64,000 nt of DNA from Myxococcota bacterium (GTDB lineage Bacteria > Myxococcota_A > UBA9160 > UBA6930): positions 2,912,001-2,976,000 of the forward strand of contig OZ245015.1 in NCBI GenBank assembly GCA_965223705.1, read 5' to 3'. Below, one piece after another: positions 1-9,259 of this stretch. Both the position numbers and the translations under genes were made by a program. The notes under the pieces are model-generated. The model searched no databases. It saw nothing but the letters and a program-made list of their open reading frames with translations, and was not told the origin of the DNA. Numbering within the stretch: position 1 is the stretch's first letter; each line of letters starts with the position of its first letter.

Positions 1-788
1 TTCCAATCGTGAAATTCGTAGACGCGCGGGGCTTCGTGGCTCTCGACGTTCCACTGGACGCAACTGCCTGGCTGAAGCAAATTGACTCCGCGATACATCG
101 ACGCTCCACCGAACGTGTTTTGAAACGTCATGTACTGCGCCAAGGCTGAGGGATTGATCTCCGCTTCCACCAAGCCGGACGCGAACAGTGCCTTCGGCTC
201 ACTCGCGAATGTGAGGGCGTCATCTGTATCGCTGTAGTAGAGCGGTTTAACGCCGAACCGGTCTCGACACAAACTGATCCTCTTGCTCTGATCGTCGTAC
301 AGCGCGAAGGCGAACATCCCGTCGAGATAGGGAAGCGCCTGAGCACCGAACTGCGCCCACAAGTGCAGCAAGACCTCGGTGTCCGTCTTCGTCTGGAAGC
401 GCGTTCCTCGAACCTCGAGCTCCGCTCGGAGTTCACGGTAGTTGTAGATCTCTCCGTTGAACACGACCCAGAGGCGCCGATCGGGGGTTGTCATCGGTTG
501 ATGCCCGTTGTAGGACAAATCGAGAATCGCGAGCCGGCGATGCCCTAAAGCGAGGTCAAACGCACGGTCTGAAAGATGTTCACGCTTCTCGTCAAGCACG
601 GGACGCCGCGGATTGAGATGCCAGAAGGCTGCGTCCCCAAACTCAACGGGGTCGTGCTGTTCGGTGGCGCGGAAAAACGCGTAACCTGCATCGTCGGGGC
701 CGCGATGCTTCAGCGAGTCGCACATCGCACGAATTGCTCGCGGCTCAAGGACGCCCTTGCGCCGAAGGATCCCGGCAATACCGCACAT
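1..788 (-). CDS. asnB: asparagine synthase (glutamine-hydrolysing)-family amidotransferase, 3' end runs off the window
   Basis: Absent from the ORF track because no stop lies in the window. Manual translation from ATG at 788 gives MCGIAGILRRKG...LKHRGPDDAG...LGHRRLAILDLSYNGHQPM...VFNGEIYNYRELR...TDTEV...DGMFAFALYD...RDRFGVKPLYY, the class II GATase N-terminus with Cys2. Confidence 0.93.
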   Translation of the reverse strand, partial: MCGIAGILRRKGVLEPRAIRAMCDSLKHRGPDDAGYAFFRATEQHDPVEFGDAAFWHLNPRRPVLDEKREHLSDRAFDLALGHRRLAILDLSYNGHQPMTTPDRRLWVVFNGEIYNYRELRAELEVRGTRFQTKTDTEVLLHLWAQFGAQALPYLDGMFAFALYDDQSKRISLCRDRFGVKPLYYSDTDDALTFASEPKALFASGLVEAEINPSALAQYMTFQNTFGGASMYRGVNLLQPGSCVQWNVESHEAPRVYEFHDW

Positions 789-798
789 GCTGGACCCC

Positions 799-1842
799 CT
801 AAGCCGGCTCTAGCGCCTTTTGTAGCTCCTCGACTCTCCCTTGATGAGCCCGGCGCCACTGAATGAGGCTCTCCATTCCCTCTCGCAAATCCACTTGCCA
901 GTCGTAACCGAGGTCACGCGCTGCCGCAGTCGTCGAGCCTACGCGGTTCGTCACGAAACTCTGTTCCGACGGTAAGTACCGAACCGGCAAGTCCGATCCC
1001 GAGAGCTCTAGAAGTAGCTCCGCCAGCTCTTTGATGCTCGTCTTGATTCCGCGCCCGACGTTGTACATCCCGTAGGCTACGTCCGCCTTCAGAGCGCAAA
1101 CGTTGGCTCGTGCGATGTCACTGACGTGCACGAAATCGTACCCTTGGGATCCGTCGCCATAGACCGTCGGCGGCTCGCCACGGTCGATGCAATCGAGAAT
1201 CTTCATCATCACTGCGATGTAGGCGCCGCGGTAGTCCTGGCGCGGCCCGTAGACGTTCATGTATCGGAGACCGATGCCACTCAGCCCATAGCGCGCGTGG
1301 AACGCCTTGAGCATCTGCTCGCCTGCGATTTTCGTTGCACCGTAGAACGTCCAGTTGTTGAACGGGTGTTCTTCGTCCATCGGCTCTTCCACAGCGTCGC
1401 CGTAGACACTCGCCGAGCTCGAGTAGACGAGACGCCGCACGTCATTCGCGACGCACGCTTGCAACACGTTGAACGTGCCCCGGATGTTCACTTCGAAAGC
1501 CGACTCTGGGTATTCGTGGCAGTGCAGCAGCCACAGCGCTGCGAGATGCACGACGGAGCCGCAGCCTTCGACGGCGCGCCCGAGGAGGTCGGGCTGGCAA
1601 ATATCCCCGCCGAGATCGAAGACTCGGACGCGACGATCGAGCAGCGCTTTGTCGAGGTTCGACCGATCGCCTCGACTGAAGTTGTCGAAGATCACAATCT
1701 CCCGGACCGGCTCTCGTATCAGTGCTTCGACGACGTGCGATCCAACGAGCCCAGCACCGCCGATGACGAGAACCTTTTCGTCTTCCAGCGGGTTCGCAGT
1801 TTCTCCCACTGGGTCTACTGCCCCGCGCTCTAAGCTCACCAT
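799..1842 (-). CDS. NAD-dependent nucleotide-sugar epimerase/dehydratase (extended SDR)
   Basis: GGAGLVG Rossmann motif, SSASVYG, YGATK (YxxxK), RYMNVYGP. Confidence 0.92.
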   Translation of the reverse strand: MVSLERGAVDPVGETANPLEDEKVLVIGGAGLVGSHVVEALIREPVREIVIFDNFSRGDRSNLDKALLDRRVRVFDLGGDICQPDLLGRAVEGCGSVVHLAALWLLHCHEYPESAFEVNIRGTFNVLQACVANDVRRLVYSSSASVYGDAVEEPMDEEHPFNNWTFYGATKIAGEQMLKAFHARYGLSGIGLRYMNVYGPRQDYRGAYIAVMMKILDCIDRGEPPTVYGDGSQGYDFVHVSDIARANVCALKADVAYGMYNVGRGIKTSIKELAELLLELSGSDLPVRYLPSEQSFVTNRVGSTTAAARDLGYDWQVDLREGMESLIQWRRAHQGRVEELQKALEPA

Positions 1843-1887
1843 GTGCCAGCCCCCTGAGTGTTCGTATACTCGGAATAGCCTTAGGAC

Positions 1888-3117
1888 GTGTCAACACTGG
1901 CCAAGCAAGAGGCGTCGGGTAATCTGACCGCGGTGATTGGGGTCCGACTGAAGGTTTTTGGCTACACACTCTTGGGTATCGGCGAGACCGTAGCATTCGC
2001 TCTGTCCGGACTCGCCGCCTGCGCGTCGCGTTTTCTACGGCGGGCCGACGGACGAGTAGGCTTCGGACCCGAGCCGCTCATCAACCATGTCTTCCACCAG
2101 CGCGCACTCGAGGGTGCTCGCTACGACGCCGAGACGTTTTCTCTCCGCCCATACTACATCAGCCGAGATTTCAACTTCATTGTCGACTGGCCCCGTCCGT
2201 GGGGCTACCTCGCGCGATGGTTTCTGCTGTGGCGCGCGTTGTTTCGCTTCGACGCACTCTTCGTGTCATTCGCTGGCGGGTGTCTAGGCGGCAGTCGCTT
2301 CGCTTGGCGCTATGAGCCGTGGCTCTATCGGCTTGCGGCGATTCACACCGTGGTCCTGCCGTACGGCAGTGATGCCCAGGAAATGTCGCGCTGTCCAAAT
2401 CTCTTGTTCAAGGATGCGATTTCTCGAGACTACCCCGACCACCGTCTACGACAACGGCGCATCGAGAAGTCTCTCGAGCTATGGACTCAACACGGAGACC
2501 ACGTGATCGGTGGATGCGACTGGGTCGACTATCTACCGCATTGGGACTCTCTCACCCTGGGTCACTTCTCGATCGACACCGCAGCCGTTCGCCCCCAAGG
2601 GGGTTCACACCCGGACCGACCGCTCCGGATCGTTCACGCCCCGAACCACCGCTCCATCAAGGGAACCGAGTTTCTGGTCAAAGCGGTCGAAGAGCTGAAA
2701 GCCGAGGGGGTTGCCGTAGAACTCACGCTGATCGAGCAACAACCCAACACAACCGTGCTTCAAGCCATCGAGGAAGCCGATGTTGTGGCGGATCAGTTCG
2801 TGATCGGGTGGTACGCGATGTTCGCGTTGGAAGGCATGGCAATGGCGAAACCTGTTCTTTGCTATATCCGACCCGATCTCGAGCGTTTCTACATTCGTGC
2901 GGGGCTCCTTGAAGAAGGTGAGCTCCCGATCGTCCGCACATCGCCGGAAACGATCGCTGACGAGCTGCGACGACTCGCTGGAAACCGAGCCCTTCGAGAG
3001 GAGCTCAGTCAAAAATCGCGAGCCTATGTCTGTCGCCATCACTCGCTCGAGGCGGTCGGCGGACACTTCGGGCGCGTCCTGAGAGATCTCGGGGTGCCCC
3101 CAAGGGCGCGAGGATGA
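1888..3117 (+). CDS. GT-B glycosyltransferase (GT4-like); start codon uncertain
   Basis: HAPNHRSIKGT and DVVADQFVIGWYAMFALEGMAMAKPV (ExM..gkPV) C-terminal GT-B motifs; polysaccharide locus context. Confidence 0.8.
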   Translation: MSTLAKQEASGNLTAVIGVRLKVFGYTLLGIGETVAFALSGLAACASRFLRRADGRVGFGPEPLINHVFHQRALEGARYDAETFSLRPYYISRDFNFIVDWPRPWGYLARWFLLWRALFRFDALFVSFAGGCLGGSRFAWRYEPWLYRLAAIHTVVLPYGSDAQEMSRCPNLLFKDAISRDYPDHRLRQRRIEKSLELWTQHGDHVIGGCDWVDYLPHWDSLTLGHFSIDTAAVRPQGGSHPDRPLRIVHAPNHRSIKGTEFLVKAVEELKAEGVAVELTLIEQQPNTTVLQAIEEADVVADQFVIGWYAMFALEGMAMAKPVLCYIRPDLERFYIRAGLLEEGELPIVRTSPETIADELRRLAGNRALREELSQKSRAYVCRHHSLEAVGGHFGRVLRDLGVPPRARG

Positions 3118-3986
3118 CACTGCACTCCGCGACCCGTGACAGCTTTACGCTCGCGGATCTCGTTTCCCCCGCGGAGCATTGGCGATCCCTTCGTGAAGCG
3201 GCGCGCTACTTGTACGGTCATCGCGAGTTGCTCTATGAGCTGACCGCACGAGAGATCAAAGATCGCTATGCGGGCCAGGTCTTCGGAATCCTGTGGGCGA
3301 TCGCACATCCCTTGGTCTTGGTGTCCACCTACCTGGTGATCTTCGTGTTCGTTTTCCAGGTTCGGTTCCCTGAAGGACACACCCTACCCAGGGACTACGC
3401 CACGTACATCTTGGCTGGGCTCATCCCGTGGTTGACGTTCTCGGAAGCGATGAACCGCTCGTGTATCTCGATCGTTTCGAATCGTGCTCTCGTTAAACAA
3501 GTCGTGTTTCCGATCGAAATCCTCCCGATTCGGTCGGTGCTCGCAACCATGGTGTTTTTCTCCGTGACGATGGTTGCGCTCGTTCTCTACTCACTCGTTC
3601 GCTTCGGTAGCGTTCCAGGAACGTTCGGCCTCGTCTTCATCTTGGCGCTCTGCCAGATCCTCGCCATGTCGGGTGTCGGGTTGCTGCTGGCCGGTCTCGG
3701 TGCGTACTTCAGAGATGCGAAAGACGTCGTGCAGGTCTTCAGTCTGATCGGACCGTATTTGATCCCGGCGTTCTTCCTGCCGCAGTGGGTCCCTGCGGCT
3801 CTCAAACCCGTCCTCTTTGCGAACCCGTTCAGCTACCTCGTCTGGTGCTTCCAAGACGCCTGCTATTTCGGCCGTATCGAGCACCCCATCGCATGGGTCG
3901 TTTTCCCCCTGATGTCGGTCGCCGTGTTCTCGGTCGGTTTCATGAGCTTCCGTCGACTCAAGTTCGCGTTCGGAAATTTTCTGTGA
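3114..3986 (+). CDS. wzm: polysaccharide ABC-2 transporter permease
   Basis: REIKDRYAGQVFGILW, LVKQVVFPIEILP, FRDAKDVV; about six hydrophobic segments; ATGA overlap with upstream GT. Confidence 0.9.
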   Translation: MTLHSATRDSFTLADLVSPAEHWRSLREAARYLYGHRELLYELTAREIKDRYAGQVFGILWAIAHPLVLVSTYLVIFVFVFQVRFPEGHTLPRDYATYILAGLIPWLTFSEAMNRSCISIVSNRALVKQVVFPIEILPIRSVLATMVFFSVTMVALVLYSLVRFGSVPGTFGLVFILALCQILAMSGVGLLLAGLGAYFRDAKDVVQVFSLIGPYLIPAFFLPQWVPAALKPVLFANPFSYLVWCFQDACYFGRIEHPIAWVVFPLMSVAVFSVGFMSFRRLKFAFGNFL

Positions 3987-5212
3987 CGGCCGCGATCACA
4001 GCCAGATCGCTCTCGAAGAACTTCCGTGTCTTCAAGCATCCGAAGGATCTTCTGATCGAGCTACTCACCGGCCGCGAGAGACACACCTCGAACGCTGCGC
4101 TCTCGGATGTTTCTTTCACCGTGAGAAAGGGCGAGGTCCTCGGAATCATCGGCCGGAACGGGGCGGGAAAAAGCACGCTCCTCAAGATTCTGGCGGGCGT
4201 TCTCGAGCCCTCGCAAGGCCAAGTCGAAGTCAACGGCAGAGTCTCCGCGATTCTCGAACTCGGAACCGGCTTCAATCCGGAGTATTCGGGCCGGGAAAAC
4301 ATCGTGATGGGCAGTATCTGCCTCGGGTTGTCGCGGGCGGATGCGGAATCGCGAATCGACGACATCGTCGAGTTCAGCGAGCTGGGCACCGTCATCGACC
4401 ACCCCTTCAAGACCTACTCTTCGGGGATGCAAGCGCGGCTGACGTTCTCCACAGCGATCCATGTCGACCCGGACATTCTGATCGTCGATGAGGCGCTATC
4501 GGTGGGCGATGCGCTCTTTCAACGGAAGTGTTTCCGAAAACTCCGCGAGGTTTCCGACTCTGGCAAAACCATCCTGTTTGTGAGTCATGCTATCTCCGCC
4601 GTGTACGACTTGTGCGACTCGTGTCTACTCCTCGAGGCCGGTCGCCTTGTTGCGCAAGGAGATCCACGGGAAGTGAGCTACGAGTACGAACGGGTACTCC
4701 AAAGCTCGTCGAGAGAAGAAGCATCGACACCGGTTTCGCGAGGCTTTGTCGAGCAAGAAGTCGATTCGCCTGCGCAGATCGTCTCCGCCACCATCGAGAC
4801 GACCGCCGGGCAGCCGATCGAGACGATCGAAAGTGGCAAGCGCTACCACACGAGAATTCGGATTCGCTGCAATGAGACCGTCGAAGACCTGAACATCGGT
4901 TTTCGTATCGCGCGTACCAACGGCGCGATCCTTTATTCGACGAACACCCAGCTTCATGACCACTATATTGAAGGAACCAAGGGTGCCGAGTTTGATTGGG
5001 AACTCACGTTCCCTTGCCCGCTCGCGCCAGGCCGATACATCCTCGACGCCGGAGTGACACGAATGAACAGCGCATTCGATCACGAGTTCCTCCACCACGT
5101 CGTTGAAGCGCGCACGTTCGATGTTGTCGGCGTCGCGCCGTTCAGTGGCGAAGTCGACTTGGGGTTCACGTCGAACGGAGTCAAGCCCACTCACGGAAAG
5201 GTACTCCGATGA
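3983..5212 (+). CDS. wzt: polysaccharide ABC transporter ATP-binding protein with C-terminal Wzt_C (carbohydrate-binding) domain
   Basis: Walker A GRNGAGKST, YSSGMQARL signature, ILIVDEALSVGD; about 150-aa beta-rich C-terminal extension. GTG at 3983 overlaps the wzm stop, so the track start at 3785 is too long. Confidence 0.92.
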   Translation: MTAAITARSLSKNFRVFKHPKDLLIELLTGRERHTSNAALSDVSFTVRKGEVLGIIGRNGAGKSTLLKILAGVLEPSQGQVEVNGRVSAILELGTGFNPEYSGRENIVMGSICLGLSRADAESRIDDIVEFSELGTVIDHPFKTYSSGMQARLTFSTAIHVDPDILIVDEALSVGDALFQRKCFRKLREVSDSGKTILFVSHAISAVYDLCDSCLLLEAGRLVAQGDPREVSYEYERVLQSSSREEASTPVSRGFVEQEVDSPAQIVSATIETTAGQPIETIESGKRYHTRIRIRCNETVEDLNIGFRIARTNGAILYSTNTQLHDHYIEGTKGAEFDWELTFPCPLAPGRYILDAGVTRMNSAFDHEFLHHVVEARTFDVVGVAPFSGEVDLGFTSNGVKPTHGKVLR

Positions 5213-6195
5213 GCTCCCCCCACGAGCAGGCCTCCGCTTTTCTGGCGGGCCACCCGCGACTCAGGCGAGCCCTCGACATTCCTTTCGTCGGATCCTTCGC
5301 TCGCGCGGCGTTTCGGCAAGTGAACGCAATTCGAGCGATTGGGAGCGGAGCCAAACACTTGGCGGTTCTCGAATCTCGCTATGACGACATCCACCACAAG
5401 CACCGAGAGCTCATCAAGCGACTCGCCGAGCTTGAGCTTCGCGCAACGGAACGCGATCAAGAGCTGCGTATCGCGCTTCTCGAAGAGAGACGTCAGCGGC
5501 CACCGGCGCCTCGCCAAGCCCGTTCGGTCGCCGTGACGCGCGATGTGCGAATGGACGAAGCGATGTGCGAGCTCTCGCGCCTGGCTCCGGCAGCCTACAA
5601 AGAGTGGGAACGACTTCTCCACGAGAACGAGCGCACGTATCGCGGGCTCCCTACACACAGCTGCAGCGTCGACAGCCATGAGGTTGCGAGACACTTCGCA
5701 TCGTTCATCGCTCCCTTGTTGGGCGGGACCGTGCTCGACATCGGCTGCGGTCCGCAGGCCACCCCATCCTATCTCGACGGCGTTGCTGCGGACCGCATCG
5801 CAGGCATCGACCCACTGCTGCCTTATCAAGACCATCCGTTTGCGTTCGCGCAAGGCGTTGCGGAGTTTCTCCCGTGGGAAGACGGTACCTTCGATCTCGT
5901 ATTGGCGGCGACCTCGCTCGACCATGTCCTACTCCTCGACAGGACTTTCGACGAGATCACCCGCGTGTTGCGCCCCGCCGGCCACTTCGTCGCATGGGTT
6001 GCCTTTGTCGAAGGCGCGGCCAGCTATGAGCCCTACAGCGGAAACCCCACCCCCGTCGACGACTACCATCTTTTCCATTTTGATCGGGACTGGTTCGAGG
6101 ACGTCGTTTCGAAGTATTTCGACATCGATGAGAAATTTCACCTGAACTCGCTCGGGTCGAGCTTCTACACCATGTCTCCACGGAGATCCTCTTAA
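5209..6195 (+). CDS. class I SAM-dependent methyltransferase with N-terminal coiled coil
   Basis: VLDIGCGP, AEFLPWEDGTFDLV, SLDHV, RVLRPAG; heptad-rich segment LESRYDDIHHKHRELIKRLAELELRATERDQELRIALLEE. Confidence 0.85.
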   Translation: MSSPHEQASAFLAGHPRLRRALDIPFVGSFARAAFRQVNAIRAIGSGAKHLAVLESRYDDIHHKHRELIKRLAELELRATERDQELRIALLEERRQRPPAPRQARSVAVTRDVRMDEAMCELSRLAPAAYKEWERLLHENERTYRGLPTHSCSVDSHEVARHFASFIAPLLGGTVLDIGCGPQATPSYLDGVAADRIAGIDPLLPYQDHPFAFAQGVAEFLPWEDGTFDLVLAATSLDHVLLLDRTFDEITRVLRPAGHFVAWVAFVEGAASYEPYSGNPTPVDDYHLFHFDRDWFEDVVSKYFDIDEKFHLNSLGSSFYTMSPRRSS

Positions 6196-6199
6196 CGCT

Positions 6200-7318
6200 G
6201 TGAAGATTCTTCACTGTCCGTCGAGTGTCGGTGGAAATCCGCAGGGCCTCGCGCGGGCAGAGCGAGCGATCGGCCTCGACAGTCACTCCGTCATCCTTCG
6301 TAGCAGCCCCTTTGGTTACGCCGCCGACGAAAGCCTCCACGAACCAGGCATGTCTCCCGTCCGCTTCGAGGTTCGTCGTTGGAGACTCTTGTGGCAGGCA
6401 TTGCGCCACTATGACGTCATTCACTTCAACTTCGGACGCTCGATCCTACCGAGCCTCGAGTCCGAAGCAGCCGTCTCCGCCCTTTCGAGCAGCCGTGTCG
6501 TTCGATCCGCGTACTCTCTCTACGCCGGAGTTTTGGAGTTTCGGGATCTTCCCTGGTTGAAGAGAGCGGGTAAAGCGATAGCCGTGACCTTTCAGGGAGA
6601 CGACGCCCGACAAGGGGACCGGTGGGCGGCAGACGGGGCGAAAACTCACATTCCTCCGGGCTACTACTCGCCGGAAAAAGATCGGCGGCGCCGCGACGTG
6701 ATACGTCGCTTCGACCGGTACGCGGACCTGATTTTCGCACTCAATCCCGATCTGCTTCGGGTCCTCCCCGAACGCGCACAGTTCATGCCGTACGCTCACG
6801 TCGACCCGAACGAGTGGAAGCCCGTATCTCCGCACAACGACCGCTTGGTCATCGCACATGCCCCAACGCACGAAGGGATCAAAGGAACGACTTTCGTCCG
6901 GCAAGCCGTCGAGCAACTTCGACGAGACGGACTCGAGTTTGAGTTTCGCCTGCTTCAAGGCCTTTCGCACAGCGAGGTCAGAACGGAACTCGAGTCCTGC
7001 GATCTCCTTGTCGATCAACTCCTGCTCGGCTGGTACGGCGGCATTTCGGTCGAGGCCATGGCTTTGGGGCTTCCGGTGGTGTGCTACGTACGTGACGAAG
7101 ACCTGGGCGCTATTCCCGCAGAAATGAAACGCAGCCTTCCACTGATTCGCGCGACCCCCGAAACCATCGCGTCTGTGCTTCGGGAGACCGTCGCTCTCGG
7201 TCGAGACGGTCTGCGTCCGCACCGGAAGGCCAGCCGCGCCTTTGTGGAGCGATGGCATGACCCGACGTCCATCGCTCGTCATTTGAGAAGCTGCTACGAG
7301 AGCGTCGTCAATCCGTAA
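6200..7318 (+). CDS. GT-B glycosyltransferase (GT4-like), paralog of 1888..3117
   Basis: HAPTHEGIKGT, DLLVDQLLLGWYGGISVEAMALGLPV. Confidence 0.82.
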   Translation: MKILHCPSSVGGNPQGLARAERAIGLDSHSVILRSSPFGYAADESLHEPGMSPVRFEVRRWRLLWQALRHYDVIHFNFGRSILPSLESEAAVSALSSSRVVRSAYSLYAGVLEFRDLPWLKRAGKAIAVTFQGDDARQGDRWAADGAKTHIPPGYYSPEKDRRRRDVIRRFDRYADLIFALNPDLLRVLPERAQFMPYAHVDPNEWKPVSPHNDRLVIAHAPTHEGIKGTTFVRQAVEQLRRDGLEFEFRLLQGLSHSEVRTELESCDLLVDQLLLGWYGGISVEAMALGLPVVCYVRDEDLGAIPAEMKRSLPLIRATPETIASVLRETVALGRDGLRPHRKASRAFVERWHDPTSIARHLRSCYESVVNP

Positions 7319-9252
7319 TGTGTGGGTTCGTAGGCGCGTTCTCGCGCGAACTTGCGGAGACATTCGGCGAATCCGTGTTTCGGGCGACCCGAGCACTAGA
7401 GCACCGAGGCCCCGACCAGGAGGGCTTTGTCTCCCTGGGCGCGCAACCCGCTTCTCGATTCGGCTCTGGGGCGTCACCCTATCCGGCGTCCGAGCTCCAC
7501 TCCCTCATCATCGGTTTCCGCAGACTTGCCATCCAAGATCTGTCCGCGGCGGGGAACCAACCGATGACCTCTGTCGATGGACGCTACGCGATTGCCTTGA
7601 ACGGTGAGATCTACAATTTTCGAGAACTGCGGAAGGAACTCTCCAGCTCTTGGCGGTTCGTCTCTTCCTCCGACACCGAAGTCGCTTTGGCCGCACTTGC
7701 AACCTGGGGCGCCGAAGGCATCGGGCGCTTCGTGGGAATGTTTGCCCTCGCCTTCGTCGATGCTGTCGAAGGCAGTTTGCTCCTGGCGCGCGACCCGATG
7801 GGGATCAAACCCTTGTACTTCTGTCGGGCGGGGAATGCCTACTGTTTCGCATCACAGGCGAACGTTCTCGTCGAACACTTTCATACGGAACCGCCGCCGA
7901 TCGACCCACAACGGGCGTTCGAGTATTTGAGGTTTGGGGTTACCGATCACGATGAAGGCACACTCTTTGAAAGCGTTCGTCAAATTCGGCCCGGCGAACG
8001 CAGAACCTTCGAACTCCGAGGCACAGGAGAATCCGTAGCGCGCTCGCCCATCGAGGCGTGTTGCGACCCATGCGAGTGGTCGTACGAAGACGCGAAGCGC
8101 TCCCTTCGCGAGGCGCTCCTCGAGAGTGTCGACCTGCATCTGCGAAGCGATGTTCCCGTGGGCATCTTGTTGTCGGGGGGCATCGATTCCTCGGCGATCG
8201 CCGGCGCGGTCAAAGAAGTCGACTCGCAGTGGACGCGTCGAAGAGTATTCACGTTTGTGCCCGATGATCCCGACTTGTCGGAAGAGCGATTCGCCGACGC
8301 CGTCTGTCGGCATACCGGTTTCATCGCGACCCGGGCGAGGGTCCCAACCGGCGACCTCACGAAAGACGTCCTCGAACTGTGCGATCAACACGATTTTCCC
8401 GTGGGCAGTTCGAGCGTCCTTGCGCAACGCCGTCTGTTTCAAGCCGTCGCACAATACGAGACGCCCGTAGTGCTCGATGGGCAGGGAGCGGACGAGTTGT
8501 TCGGCGGTTACCGCACCTACCTGGGCGCGCGAATCGCCACGTTGATCCTCGAGGGCCGCCTCATCGACGCGGCGCGCTTCTTGACACGATGCCGCGCCCT
8601 TCCGGGCGTGACAAACGGTTTTCTCCTGTCGCGGGTCATCGGACATCTCGTTCCGCGTCGCTTGCAAGAAGTCGCCCGACTACTCGGGGGCGAGCCGCTT
8701 GTACCGAGCTGGTGCGCTTCGGACTGGCTCAAATCCCGTGGCGTCGCCCCTCGACCGCTTTGGCACCGAGTCGGCCGCTCGGCGCTTCGATCTCAACTCG
8801 ACGCGGCACTCAAGCGAACGAGTCTCCCGATGCTGCTCCAGTGGGAAGACCGGAACTCCATGGCCTTCTCGATTGAAAGCCGCGTGCCCTTCCTCACGCC
8901 GAAGCTCGTCTCTCTGGCGCTGTCCCTCCCCGAGAGTTTCCTCATTTCCGCGGAAGCTGAGACGAAGAGTATCCTACGGAGCGCGTCTGTCGGCTTGATT
9001 CCCGAAAGCGTCCGCAAACGACGCGACAAGATTGGCTTCGCTACGCCGGAACGCGCCTGGCTCGCGCCTCATACCGGTTGGATTGATGAGGTGTTTCGCG
9101 AGGCCTCAGCGCGCGCATCCATCATCGACTGGTCCGTCGCCAGGCGGCAGGCCGCGGAGATGTTGACGGGTCGCTCTCCTTACGATTTTCGCCTTTGGCG
9201 GTGGCTCAACCTCGCGCTCTGGTCGCGGCGGTTCGACGTCCGCTATGGATAA
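7318..9252 (+). CDS. asnB: asparagine synthase-family amidotransferase (probably polysaccharide amidation)
   Basis: MCG start, HRGPD, NGEIYN, LLSGGIDSS PP-loop, DGQGADELFGGY, DRNSMAFSIESRVPFL, KIGF. Confidence 0.93.
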   Translation: MCGFVGAFSRELAETFGESVFRATRALEHRGPDQEGFVSLGAQPASRFGSGASPYPASELHSLIIGFRRLAIQDLSAAGNQPMTSVDGRYAIALNGEIYNFRELRKELSSSWRFVSSSDTEVALAALATWGAEGIGRFVGMFALAFVDAVEGSLLLARDPMGIKPLYFCRAGNAYCFASQANVLVEHFHTEPPPIDPQRAFEYLRFGVTDHDEGTLFESVRQIRPGERRTFELRGTGESVARSPIEACCDPCEWSYEDAKRSLREALLESVDLHLRSDVPVGILLSGGIDSSAIAGAVKEVDSQWTRRRVFTFVPDDPDLSEERFADAVCRHTGFIATRARVPTGDLTKDVLELCDQHDFPVGSSSVLAQRRLFQAVAQYETPVVLDGQGADELFGGYRTYLGARIATLILEGRLIDAARFLTRCRALPGVTNGFLLSRVIGHLVPRRLQEVARLLGGEPLVPSWCASDWLKSRGVAPRPLWHRVGRSALRSQLDAALKRTSLPMLLQWEDRNSMAFSIESRVPFLTPKLVSLALSLPESFLISAEAETKSILRSASVGLIPESVRKRRDKIGFATPERAWLAPHTGWIDEVFREASARASIIDWSVARRQAAEMLTGRSPYDFRLWRWLNLALWSRRFDVRYG

Positions 9253-9259
9253 CGCCCGT

